Positions 1 through 12,732 of a DNA stretch of 64,000 bases are shown one piece after another. Under the pieces are notes generated by a model that worked only from the letters and a program-made list of their open reading frames with translations, did no database searches and had not been told where the DNA came from. Where the stretch lies: NCBI GenBank assembly GCA_033551855.1, contig JAWSUI010000001.1, positions 96,001 to 160,000 on the forward strand. The letters are read 5' to 3'. Each line of letters opens with the position of its first letter. Positions within the stretch are counted from its first letter, which is position 1. This DNA is from Deferrisomatales bacterium (GTDB taxonomy: Bacteria > Desulfobacterota > Deferrisomatia > Deferrisomatales > JACRMM01). The translations under genes were made by a program, and so were the position numbers.

Positions 1-390
1 ATGGGCGTGGGGCTGTACTGGACGAGTCGCCCGGAGGCCGAGGGCGGCACCGCGGCCCTCGGGTGGCTCCCGATCCTGGTCTTGCTCATCCTCTTCATCC
101 TGGTCACCCGGCGGGCGCAGCAGCAGTACCAGGGCAACCGGACCCTGCGTTCGCGGGTCCGGTACGAACTGCGCGAGTCCGGACTGTTTCTCCAGACCGC
201 CGAGGCCGGGGGCTTGCTCCCGTGGGGGGAGATCCACCGGCTCGAGCAGACCCCCTCCCACTTGGTGGTCTACGGGAGCCACGGTCAGGCCTTCGTCATC
301 TGCAAAGAGTGGTTCGCCGGCCCCGGCGACGCCGAGGCCTTCGCGGCAGCGATCGAGGCCGCCCTCCCGGAAATGCCCCGCCCAAAATAG
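1..390 (+). CDS. YcxB-like membrane protein (possibly 5'-truncated by the window edge)
   Basis: TM segment followed by a YcxB-like C-terminal pattern (LLPWGEIHRLEQTPSHLVVY...AFVICKEWF). Confidence 0.6.
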   Translation: MGVGLYWTSRPEAEGGTAALGWLPILVLLILFILVTRRAQQQYQGNRTLRSRVRYELRESGLFLQTAEAGGLLPWGEIHRLEQTPSHLVVYGSHGQAFVICKEWFAGPGDAEAFAAAIEAALPEMPRPK

Positions 391-599
391 GGTTCTCCCG
401 GGAAACGACCGGGTGGGCCCGCCCGCTCCGGCACACGAGGCCGGACTGCACGGCAGGTGTTCTCTCCCGCCGCGTCCGGGATCCTCGCGGCATCGCGACT
501 CCCGAAGCGGCTGCTCACGTCGAGCGGCCGTCCGCCTACGTGGTCGGGCCCACCCGATCGTCCCTGGACACGACTACCCGGTCATTTCACGGATGATCC
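391..599 (+). mobile_element. 209-bp MITE, family 1, copy A
   Basis: Closely similar to copies at 24662, 31164 and 46316; imperfect TIRs GGTTCTCCCGG...CGGATGATCC; flanks CAAAATAG/CAAAGTGA (eroded TSD). Confidence 0.85.
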
Positions 600-697
600 C
601 AAAGTGACAGCCGACGGGGAGAGCCCGCGGACCCACGAGCAGTCGGTACGCCCGCTTTTCGGTGCTCGCGACGGCCGCCACACGCAGCGCAGAGGGC

Positions 698-4223
<3,526 letters not shown>

Positions 4224-4238
4224 CGCATCGGTACCATG

Positions 4239-5357
4239 TCAGTCGACGCGCATGGGCATGACCACGCACAGGGAGCGGGGATCATCGTTGCTGCGCAACA
4301 GACACGGCGAGAGGCTGTCCAGGATGGAGAGGGTGACCGCGGTCCCCCCCAGTGCACGCAGGGCCTCCAGCACGTATGCGGCATTGAACGCGATCTTCAA
4401 GGGAGCGCCTTCGTACTCGACCTCTATCTCATCCCTGGCTTCCCCCAAACGAACGTCCGCCGAGCTCAGCACGGCAAGCCCTCCCTGCGCCTCGAGCACC
4501 ACGCTGCGGCTCTCCTGGTCACTCAGGAGCGAAACCCGACGAAGGGCATCGATCAACACCGATCGATCTACCCGGAGCCCGTGGGGGGCCTCCGCGGGGA
4601 TCACCTGCTGATAGTTGGGAAAGGTTCCCTCGACGAGGGTCAGGGAGATATCAGTGGCTCCCACCCGTGCGTGGACTCGTCCCTCGTGCGCCGTGAGCTC
4701 GAAATTCCCCTCGACATCCTCGAGGACCACCTTCAACTCGGACAACCCTTTCTTGGGAAGGATGACGCCGTCCGCAAAGGGGCCGAGGGCCGAAGGAAGA
4801 GGCCGATCGATGAGAGACAGGCGGTGTCCGTCCGTGGCCACCATGCGCAGCAGAGACCTTCCGTCGTCGTCCGTCCAGGCCTTCGTATACACACCACACA
4901 AATACAACCTGGACTCATCATTGGAGGCGGCAAACAGGGTCTTGTCGAGCATCTCCCGGAACGTGCGCGCATCCGCTGAGACGAAAGCGCTCGGCGGCGG
5001 CGGAATGCTGGGATACTCTTGCGGATCCGTGCCGGGAAGGTGAAACACGATCTTTCCCGCGCTCACCGTGATCCAGCCGTTCTCCATGACCTCGATGTCA
5101 ACGGATCCCTTCGGCATCTCCCGGAGAATTTCGTGCAGCTTCCTGCCGGGAATCGCAATCGCCCCAGGGCGAGATACCTCGCACGGACCCCTTTGGACGA
5201 TGCTCACGCGGAGGTCGGTTGCGGACACCCGAACGGAATCTCCTACAGCTTCGAGAAGAATGTTCTCGAGAATCGGACGAGTGCTCTTTCGCTCGAGAAC
5301 AGACTGGGACAGAGAGAGAAGGGAAGCGAAGGACTCTTGGCCCACCTGGATCTTCAT
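4239..5357 (-). CDS. dnaN: DNA polymerase III beta clamp
   Basis: 372 aa, ATDGHRL motif, C-terminal VVMPMR; synteny. Confidence 0.97.
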   Translation of the reverse strand: MKIQVGQESFASLLSLSQSVLERKSTRPILENILLEAVGDSVRVSATDLRVSIVQRGPCEVSRPGAIAIPGRKLHEILREMPKGSVDIEVMENGWITVSAGKIVFHLPGTDPQEYPSIPPPPSAFVSADARTFREMLDKTLFAASNDESRLYLCGVYTKAWTDDDGRSLLRMVATDGHRLSLIDRPLPSALGPFADGVILPKKGLSELKVVLEDVEGNFELTAHEGRVHARVGATDISLTLVEGTFPNYQQVIPAEAPHGLRVDRSVLIDALRRVSLLSDQESRSVVLEAQGGLAVLSSADVRLGEARDEIEVEYEGAPLKIAFNAAYVLEALRALGGTAVTLSILDSLSPCLLRSNDDPRSLCVVMPMRVD

Positions 5358-5369
5358 GATACGGCTTCT

Positions 5370-5575
5370 CCTTCTATGATTATTTTCTTAATTAATAAAA
5401 GTAGTTCGTAGTAGTAGGAGTTGTGGATTCTGTGGATAAGCGGCCTGTGGCGCCTGATATCGGCTCTCGTGACTGTGGAAAACTGTGCGGATAAGTGACT
5501 TGTTCTCCACAGCGGGTGGACCGCCATGAGTTGTGAACACGTTTTCCGCAAGGCCGTCCACAGGGGATCCACAAC
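5370..5575. promoter_or_regulatory. oriC unwinding region: AT-rich stretch, DnaA-trios and DnaA-box cluster
   Basis: AT-rich 5375-5400; TAG repeats 5402-5417; boxes TGTGGATTC 5422, perfect TGTGGATAA 5431-5439, TGTGGAAAA 5474, TGCGGATAA 5486, TTCTCCACA 5503 and further degenerate boxes. Confidence 0.9.
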
Positions 5576-6919
5576 CTATCCGGACAGGGAATTTTTCAAC
5601 GTGGTGATCACGGTTCGCAGGTCTGGATCCTTGGCGAGGGATGCGGTGATCTTGGAGCACGCGTACATCACCGTGCTGTGATCCCTGCCCCCTATCTTCT
5701 GCCCGATCTCCGGGTAGGAGGAGCCCGTGAGTTCCCGGCAGAGGTACATGGCGATCTGACGCGGATAGGCGAGGCCCTTGGTGCGGCGCTGGCCCTTGAG
5801 GTCTGCAAGGGACACCTGAAAGTGCTGGGTCACGACCTTGAGGATGCGGTCGGGGGTGATCTCTTGGCCGGAGTCTCGGATGAAGTCCTTTAGGACTTCC
5901 TTGGCAAGATCAACCGTGACCGGGTTATGGGTCAGGCTGGCGAAGGCGGCGATGCGGACGAGAGAGCCTTCGAGCTCTCTGACATTGCTGGAAAAGTTGT
6001 TTGCGAGAAAGAGAGCAACTTCGTAGGGAAGTGAAATCGACTCGATCTCAGCCTTCTTTTGGAGGATTGCAATTTTCGTCTCTAAGTCGGGTGGCTGAAT
6101 ATCGGCGATCAGGCCCCACTCGAAACGGGACCGCAGGCGGTCTTCCAATCCGGCAATTTCTTTTGGAAACTTGTCGCTGGTTACGACGATGTTGCTGTGA
6201 CTTTCGTACAGTGCATTGAAGGTGTGAAAAAACTCTTCTTGCGTCCGTTCTTTCCCGGATATGAATTGGATATCGTCCATCAAGAGAATATCCATACGGC
6301 GGTACTTTTCTCGGAACTCAGGCATTCGTTTCGCCCCCAAAGCCTGAATGAGCTCGTTCATGAAACTCTCGCTGTGAACGTAGCACACGCGGGCGTCGGG
6401 GTATGAAGAAAGCTTGAAGTTCCCTATGGCGCTCAGGAGATGGGTCTTGCCGAGTCCGACACCCCCGTAAATGAACAATGGGTTGTATGTGCGAGGCGAC
6501 TTTTCTGCTACGGCAAGACAGGCAGCGTGGGCGAACTGGTTGGAGGAACCGACGACGAAGCTGTCGAAAGTGTATTTTGGGTTCAGCCCCAGACTGCGCG
6601 CTTTGTCTTTCCAATTGTTCTCTGAAGGCGTTTGACGAGCACGGTTGGATGGATTCTTCCTGAGGTAAGACTTGTCTCCTTTCTCTACGACAAACTCCAA
6701 CTCGAGAGACGGCCTCCCTTGTCTTTCCAAACTCTTGCGGATGAGCGCAGGGAAGGAGTTTTCCTGGAGCCAGTCTACGAAGAATCTGTTCGGGACCTGC
6801 AGTGTGAGACGCCCCGCGTCAACCCGCAGAGGCTGTATCGGGACGATCCAGGTGGAAAACGTGTGGGGAGGAAGGGTACCTTCCAGATCGTCCAGGACAC
6901 CCCTCCAGATGTTCTCCAT
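5576..6919 (-). CDS. dnaA: Chromosomal replication initiator DnaA
   Basis: LNPKYTFDSFVVG, Walker A GGVGLGKT, DDIQF, GGRDHSTV; start placed at ATG 6919. Confidence 0.98.
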   Translation of the reverse strand: MENIWRGVLDDLEGTLPPHTFSTWIVPIQPLRVDAGRLTLQVPNRFFVDWLQENSFPALIRKSLERQGRPSLELEFVVEKGDKSYLRKNPSNRARQTPSENNWKDKARSLGLNPKYTFDSFVVGSSNQFAHAACLAVAEKSPRTYNPLFIYGGVGLGKTHLLSAIGNFKLSSYPDARVCYVHSESFMNELIQALGAKRMPEFREKYRRMDILLMDDIQFISGKERTQEEFFHTFNALYESHSNIVVTSDKFPKEIAGLEDRLRSRFEWGLIADIQPPDLETKIAILQKKAEIESISLPYEVALFLANNFSSNVRELEGSLVRIAAFASLTHNPVTVDLAKEVLKDFIRDSGQEITPDRILKVVTQHFQVSLADLKGQRRTKGLAYPRQIAMYLCRELTGSSYPEIGQKIGGRDHSTVMYACSKITASLAKDPDLRTVITTLKNSLSG

Positions 6920-6942
6920 GTGGACGTCTCGAGCAGCAAAGG

Positions 6943-6974
6943 TTATCCACAACTGTGGAAAAAGCTGTGGATAA
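6943..6974. promoter_or_regulatory. DnaA boxes upstream of dnaA (autoregulation or second origin sub-region)
   Basis: TTATCCACA 6943-6951, TGTGGAAAA 6954-6962, TGTGGATAA 6966-6974. Confidence 0.85.
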
Positions 6975-7218
6975 ACAGGCGACCTGCGTTCGCGAAAAGC
7001 GAGCGTGGAATGTGAAGGTGGAAGGCGGTCGGGGAAGGGATACCCCCGGTCGCCTGGAGACTAACAAAGGGCAAGGTGGGCAGGCAAGGGGTTTGTGGAC
7101 CGGGCAAGAGAAACGTTGTTCGGGGGAGCTCATGTTGACGCAACCGCCCGTTTGCGTTAGTGTTTCGGACATTCTGCCGGTGAGTGGGCCGCCGGGGAGA
7201 GACCACAGGGGAGGGAAC

Positions 7219-7854
7219 ATGGGAAGGGACGCCAAGGCGCAGCGGAAAGCGGCGCTGAAGAGGAAGCGAAGGGAGCACCGGGTGCAGGAGGCCAGGGCCC
7301 AGCTCCGGGCCGCAAAGGCGGGGGGTGGGGGCAAGGCGATTCTTTCGCGTCTGGAAGAGTTGCCAATCCACGAGTGCGTGGTGAGTCGCGGCTGGGAGGA
7401 GAGAGGCCTGGCCCATGTGCTGCTGGCCCGGCGCGCCCCGGGGGGCGCCCTGGTCGTCGGGGGGTACTACGTCGATACCCTCTGTACGGGGCTCAAGGAC
7501 ACCGCTTTGATGAACGAACTGAGCGAGGAGGAGTACCGCGAGAGGGTCAAGCCGAACATCTTCAATGACCCCGTGGAGTTCGAGGAGTGTGCGCCCGGCA
7601 CGGCCCGAGCCCTGGTGGAGGGAGCCGTGGCCTTCGCCGCCTCTTTCGGCCTAAAACCCAACAAGCGGTGGCCGGAGTCCAAGCGGCTCTGGGAAGGGAT
7701 CGAGGCGGATCCGGGGACCATCGCTTTCGGCCGGAACGGGAAGCCGTGTCTGATCGTGCGGGGCCGCGAGAACGTGAGCGGAGTGAGGGCAAGGCTCGAC
7801 CGCACCGTGGGCGCCGGCAACTACCTGGTGGAGGAAACGGAAGCCCTGTCCTAA
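7219..7854 (+). CDS. Hypothetical protein with basic N-terminus
   Basis: RBS GGAGGG before ATG 7219; protein-like composition (YYVDTLCTGLKD). Confidence 0.75.
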   Translation: MGRDAKAQRKAALKRKRREHRVQEARAQLRAAKAGGGGKAILSRLEELPIHECVVSRGWEERGLAHVLLARRAPGGALVVGGYYVDTLCTGLKDTALMNELSEEEYRERVKPNIFNDPVEFEECAPGTARALVEGAVAFAASFGLKPNKRWPESKRLWEGIEADPGTIAFGRNGKPCLIVRGRENVSGVRARLDRTVGAGNYLVEETEALS

Positions 7855-7910
7855 GGGGTTTCGGCTGGGCCGGGGCGGGCTCGGCCTCTCACACCGGGAG
7901 GCACGACGAC

Positions 7911-7941
7911 AAGAGGCCGTCGCTCGTGCCGACGGCCTCTT
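7911..7941. terminator. Hairpin between convergent ORF and tRNA (putative terminator)
   Basis: AAGAGGCCGTCG-loop-CGACGGCCTCTT, perfect 12-bp stem. Confidence 0.6.
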
Positions 7942-7951
7942 GGGGACTCGG

Positions 7952-8027
<76 letters not shown>

Positions 8028-8091
8028 GCCGGGGAGGGCCGGAAGGTTAGTCCATGCGCCGAACGGGTGTCAAGCCGGTTCCCGTAAGGGA

Positions 8092-8484
8092 TCACTTCTT
8101 CCTCTCCTCTTCCCCGAAGAGGTCGCCGAAGTCGAGGTCCAGGAGCTCCTCGGTCTCTTCCTGAGCAGGCTTGGTGCCCTCTTCCTCATAACTCGTCCGC
8201 TCCACGAGCACGTCGAAGGATTCGTCGAAGTCGAGGGGCTCCCGCGGAGCGGCTTCCTCGCTGACGAGGATGTCCGGGGTGAGCCCGGCCCGGTCGGTGT
8301 GTGCGGATGGGTCAACGTCTTGTCGTTCGGAACCCGGGGACGGGGCAGGCGCGACGGGGGCGCGTTCCTCCGGGGGCACGCAGATGACCTGAAGGAGCGA
8401 GCGGGCGTCCCGCAGATCGGCTCCGCACCGCTTGCAGGCCTCCAGATGGTCGAAGCTCGTGTACTTGCACTTGGGGCACTTCAT
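8092..8484 (-). CDS. Zinc-ribbon protein with acidic tail
   Basis: MKCPKC...CKRCG; RBS GAGGAG. Confidence 0.75.
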   Translation of the reverse strand: MKCPKCKYTSFDHLEACKRCGADLRDARSLLQVICVPPEERAPVAPAPSPGSERQDVDPSAHTDRAGLTPDILVSEEAAPREPLDFDESFDVLVERTSYEEEGTKPAQEETEELLDLDFGDLFGEEERKK

Positions 8485-8522
8485 GGACGTGGCTCCTCAT
8501 TGTGGGGTTCGGGGCGGGCAAG

Positions 8523-9287
8523 CTACCACGGGGCTCCCGGTGCCTCAAGGTCGCCCCAGCGAGACAGGAGCACGGCGAGGCCGGCCACCGCGGCGGTCTC
8601 GGATCGAAGGATCCGGGGGCCGAGGCTCCAGGGAGCAAAGCCGGCCTCGGTGAGGGCGGTCCGCTCCGCGGGGGACCAGCCCCCCTCAGGACCGGCGGCG
8701 ATCACCGCGTGGGTTGGGGCCCTCGGGAGGGCAAGCGCGGTTTCGCCGGTGGCGTGCCGCTCGAGGAGGGCGAAGCGCACCTCGTGCGAGTCCGCGGGGC
8801 CCAGGGACTCGAGGGACTCACCGAAGGGCCGTGGTGCCGTGATCTGCGGTACGACAGCCCTCTCGCACTGCTTGGCAGCGGCCAGGGCCACTTTCTCCCA
8901 GCGGTGTCGCTTCTCCCGCAGGCGCCCCGGCGGGGCTCGCGGGACCGTCCGCTCGGTGAGGACCGGCAGGAAGCGGCAGACGCCGAGCTCGGTACCCTTT
9001 TCGAGGATCCACTCCCACCGCTCCGCCTTCGGTAGCGCTTGGAACAGGGTGACGCGCAGGGGGGGCTCGTTGGCGGGAAGGGGTTCGAGCCCTTCTGCGG
9101 TCAGGAAGTCGTTGGCGACGGTCCCCACCTTCCCGGTCCACCGCCGGCCCATGGGATCGAGCAGGGTGATGCGGTCGCCGGCGGCCGTGCGCAGCACGCG
9201 GCCGGCGTGCCGGGCCTCCTCGCCGCGGAGGACGGCGGTTCCGGCGTCGGGGTCCAGGTCGTCCAAGTGTACCAGGAATTGAGGCAT
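8523..9287 (-). CDS. rsmE: 16S rRNA m3U1498 methyltransferase RsmE
   Basis: HAGRVLR, EKGTELGV, GPEGG, LGPRILRSETA. Confidence 0.95.
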   Translation of the reverse strand: MPQFLVHLDDLDPDAGTAVLRGEEARHAGRVLRTAAGDRITLLDPMGRRWTGKVGTVANDFLTAEGLEPLPANEPPLRVTLFQALPKAERWEWILEKGTELGVCRFLPVLTERTVPRAPPGRLREKRHRWEKVALAAAKQCERAVVPQITAPRPFGESLESLGPADSHEVRFALLERHATGETALALPRAPTHAVIAAGPEGGWSPAERTALTEAGFAPWSLGPRILRSETAAVAGLAVLLSRWGDLEAPGAPW

Positions 9288-9356
9288 GGGCGATCCTTTC
9301 GACAAGGGCCTTGCGGCACTTGAGGTTCGGCCACGGGCGAGGGAGGAGACCTTCGG

Positions 9357-10247
9357 ATGAGAGCGTCGCTTCGGGCGTACCTCCTCGTCAATGCCGCCAC
9401 GCTGCTGTGGGCGGGGAACGTGGTCCTGGGAAGGGCCTTGCGCGATGCGGTGGGCCCGTGGACGCTGGCCGGGCTCCGGGCCGCCGTCGCCGCAGTGCCC
9501 TTTGCCCTGTTGCTCGCCTACTCAGGCCGCCGAGACGGCCCGGCGCGCGGGGTGGGCTTCCGGGAGTGGGGGATGATCGCCGCGATGACGCTTTCGGGGG
9601 TCGTCGGTTTCCAGGTGCTCCTCTACACCGGGTTACGCCACACTACGGCCCTCAATGCCGGCGTGGTCAATGCCACGAGCCCTCTGGTGGCCCTGGTCCT
9701 GGGGCGGTTGCTGGGGGCGGGACCCCTCCGCCCCGGGCAGATGATCGGGGCTCTCGTGAGCCTGGCCGGAGTGGTCGTGGTGCTCAGCGGCGGCTCCTGG
9801 GAAACCCTGCGCGGCCTGGAGCTCAACCCGGGGGATCTCCTGGTCCTGGGGGCCGTTTTCCTGTGGGCCGTGTACTCGCTCCTGGCGAAGTGGCTCCTCG
9901 TGCGGCGCTCCCCGGTTTGGGTCACCGCCCTGTCGACCCTGGCGGCGCTCCCGGTGCTCGCAGCGCCGGCCCTGTGGGAGTGTTCCGTCTCGCCCCCTGC
10001 GATCCACGGGGGCCTGTTGCTGGGGATCTTGTACATCGGCCTCGGGCCCTCCTTCCTGGCGTTCCTCGCCTGGAACCACGGAGTCCAGCGGCTGGGGGTG
10101 GCCGGTGCGATGGCGTTCTACAATACCCTTCCGGTGTATGCGGGGGCTCTCGGAGCCGCCCTCCTGGGAGAGTGGCCCAGGGCGTATCAGCTCGTGGGGG
10201 CCGCCCTCGTGCTGAGCGGGTGCCTTCTGGCCGCGCGGGGCCGCTGA
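9357..10247 (+). CDS. DMT/EamA family transporter
   Basis: About 10 TM segments, duplicated EamA pattern. Confidence 0.9.
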   Translation: MRASLRAYLLVNAATLLWAGNVVLGRALRDAVGPWTLAGLRAAVAAVPFALLLAYSGRRDGPARGVGFREWGMIAAMTLSGVVGFQVLLYTGLRHTTALNAGVVNATSPLVALVLGRLLGAGPLRPGQMIGALVSLAGVVVVLSGGSWETLRGLELNPGDLLVLGAVFLWAVYSLLAKWLLVRRSPVWVTALSTLAALPVLAAPALWECSVSPPAIHGGLLLGILYIGLGPSFLAFLAWNHGVQRLGVAGAMAFYNTLPVYAGALGAALLGEWPRAYQLVGAALVLSGCLLAARGR

Positions 10248-10331
10248 GGCCGGGCGGAACCGCGTTTTGGAGCGGGTAGAGGCTGGACCGGGTGGTCCGG
10301 AGAGGCGGCGGAGCCGGGGCCGGCCAAATCC

Positions 10332-10360
10332 TTGCGGCCCTCCGGGGGGTCTGTTAGCAT
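10332..10360 (+). promoter_or_regulatory. Putative sigma70 promoter for selB
   Basis: TTGCGG-17 bp-TAGCAT. Confidence 0.45.
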
Positions 10361-10422
10361 CCTACGGGTTTTTCCCATGACGACGCGTTTTGCGGAGCGA
10401 GATCAGAAGGTTAGGATTTCCG

Positions 10423-12357
10423 ATGGAGCCGGTCAACGAAAAGCGGGTCGTCCTGGGGACTGCGGGGCACATCGACCACGGCAAGTCGTCCCTCGTGCGG
10501 GCCCTGACGGGCACGGACCCCGACCGCCTCAAGGAAGAAAAAGAGCGGGGCATCACCATCGAGCTGGGGTTCGCCCACCTGGCCCTCCCCTCCGGGATCG
10601 ACCTCTCGATCGTGGACGTTCCGGGACACGAGCGCTTCGTCCGGAACATGGTCGCCGGAGCAAGCGGGATCGACCTGGTGATGCTCGTGGTCGCGGCGGA
10701 CGAGGGGGTGATGCCCCAGACGAGGGAGCACCTCGACATCTGTTCCCTCCTGCGGGTGAAGGGGGGGCTGGTGGCCCTCACCAAGGCCGACCTCGTGGAC
10801 GAAGAGCTCCTGGAGCTGGCCCAGGAGGACGTCTCGACGGCCCTGGCGGGCAGCTTCCTCGAAGGGGCCCCGGTGGTGCCCGTCTCGGCAAACACCGGAC
10901 AGGGGCTGGGGGCGTTGGTGGATAGTCTGGACGCCCTGGCCCGGACCGTGCCCCAGCGGGGAACCAAGGGGCTCTTCCGGCTGCCGGTGGATCGGGTCTT
11001 CACCATGCGGGGCTTTGGCACCGTCGTCACGGGAACGGTCATCTCGGGCGCGGTGCGCAAGGACGAGGAGGTAGAGGTCCTCCCGAGGGGGCGTCGAGGA
11101 AAGGTGCGCGGCGCTCAGGTGCACGGCCGATCGGTGGATCGGGCAGCCGCGGGGCAGCGTACGGCCCTGAACCTGAGCGGCCTGGAGGTGGCGGATCTTC
11201 ACCGGGGGGATACCGTGGTGCACGTCGGCTCCCTGGAAACCACGCACATGCTCGACGTGCGCTTGGATGTGCTGCCCGGAGCGGGGCGCCCCCTGACGGA
11301 CCGGGATCGCGTGCGGCTCCATATCGGCACCCAGGAGGTGCCGGTGGTCGTGGCGCTGTTGGAGGGGGACGAGCTCTGGCCGGGGGAGGGGGGGTATGCT
11401 CAGCTCCGAAGCCCTGCCCGGGTGGTGGCGTGTCCGGGCGATCGGTTCGTGCTGCGCCAGTTCTCCCCGGCACACACCCTGGGGGGAGGGGCCGTGCTCG
11501 ATCATCGCCCGCGCCGTCACCGGGGCCGGCGGTCCGAGACGCTGGCCTCCCTGGAGCGGCTCGAGTCCGAGGACCCGGCCGAGCGGTTGGAGGTCTTCCT
11601 CTCCGCCCGGGGTCCCGCCGGCCTCGGGCCCCAGGAAGTGCAGGCCGCTCTTGGGGTCCCCCTGGAGGAGGCGCGACAGCTCCTCCAGGGGGCTGCTCGG
11701 GGCGGGTGGGCCCTGGTGACCGACCGCAAGGGCCAACGGCACCACCACAGCGACCTGGTGGCCGGCCTCGAGGCACGGGCGCTGGAGGTTCTCGGGGCCT
11801 ATCATGCGGACAACCCCCTCAAGCGGGGTCTCGGGGTCGAGGAGCTCCGCACCAAGTTTCCCCGGTATATCGGCCCTCGGTTGGTGGAGTTCGTGCTGGG
11901 GCGGATGGCAGAGGCGGGCCGGGTCGTGCTGGAGGGAGACCTGGTGCGGCGCAGTGACTTTTCGTTGCGGCTGAGCGCCGACGATGAGAGTTTGCGAGGC
12001 CGGATCCAGGAGATGCTCGCTGCCCGGGGTTACGAGGCCCCTTCCCTGGAGGACGCGGCCGCCGCCCTGGGGGAGGAGCCCAAGGCGCTCCGGCCGGTGC
12101 TCGACTACCTCGTGGGGCAAGGAGTGCTTCACCGGACCAAGGAGGGGTTCTACTTCGAGAGCCGGCGCCTGGAGGAGCTCGGCCGCAGAGTGGCGGCCCT
12201 GCTGGAGCAGAAGGGGGAGATGGCGGTGTCGGACGTGAAGGACCTTACCGGCACGACCCGCAAGTACACGGTGCCGTTGCTCGAGTACCTGGACTCCCAG
12301 AAGGTGACGGTGCGCAAGGGAGATGTTCGGGTGCTGGGTCCCCGGGGGCGAGGCTGA
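10423..12357 (+). CDS. selB: Selenocysteine-specific elongation factor SelB
   Basis: GTAGHIDHGKS, RGITIELGF, DVPGHERF; C-terminal winged helix TRKYTVPLLEYLD. Confidence 0.96.
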   Translation: MEPVNEKRVVLGTAGHIDHGKSSLVRALTGTDPDRLKEEKERGITIELGFAHLALPSGIDLSIVDVPGHERFVRNMVAGASGIDLVMLVVAADEGVMPQTREHLDICSLLRVKGGLVALTKADLVDEELLELAQEDVSTALAGSFLEGAPVVPVSANTGQGLGALVDSLDALARTVPQRGTKGLFRLPVDRVFTMRGFGTVVTGTVISGAVRKDEEVEVLPRGRRGKVRGAQVHGRSVDRAAAGQRTALNLSGLEVADLHRGDTVVHVGSLETTHMLDVRLDVLPGAGRPLTDRDRVRLHIGTQEVPVVVALLEGDELWPGEGGYAQLRSPARVVACPGDRFVLRQFSPAHTLGGGAVLDHRPRRHRGRRSETLASLERLESEDPAERLEVFLSARGPAGLGPQEVQAALGVPLEEARQLLQGAARGGWALVTDRKGQRHHHSDLVAGLEARALEVLGAYHADNPLKRGLGVEELRTKFPRYIGPRLVEFVLGRMAEAGRVVLEGDLVRRSDFSLRLSADDESLRGRIQEMLAARGYEAPSLEDAAAALGEEPKALRPVLDYLVGQGVLHRTKEGFYFESRRLEELGRRVAALLEQKGEMAVSDVKDLTGTTRKYTVPLLEYLDSQKVTVRKGDVRVLGPRGRG

Positions 12358-12485
12358 GGGGGGTGTCTCCCCCGTGGCCCGTGGCCGGGCTCGGGGGAAG
12401 GTTCGAGAGGGTCGACGACGTAGTGGGGAGGAATGTGCCGCTCGCCCCCTCCGGGGACGGCCGGGAGGGCGAGACACTTCCCTGA

Positions 12486-12632
12486 CCGGGGGAGCACGCG
12501 CGGGAGCCTGTCCTCGGCCCGCGTCTGGCGGACGAGCCGGGGGTCACCGTGGTAGGCTACGCGAGGAGCGGGCGCTTCGACGTCTACGACCACCCCCGTC
12601 GCGTCGACGGTGCCGGGGTGGAGCCGAGCTGA
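12486..12632 (+). pseudogene. fdhD: 3' remnant of formate dehydrogenase accessory sulfurtransferase FdhD
   Basis: Start-less frame LADEPGVTVVGYARSGRFDVYDHPRRV resembles the FdhD C-terminus. Confidence 0.6.
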
Positions 12633-12732
12633 GGGGGCTCGACCGGGGGGCGGTGGGCCCTGTCGAGGGGAAGACGGCAACCGGGAGAGCGGTCCGTGCC
12701 GTAGGCGTGCGGCGCCGCGGGAGAGGTGCAGC

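Noticed and set aside
285..607. Small ORFs recurring at MITE copies (e.g. MSSRFGSRDAARIPD..., MFSPAASGILA...)
   Set aside because: They are translations of the non-coding repeat. Starts and stops differ between copies and there is no transposase similarity.
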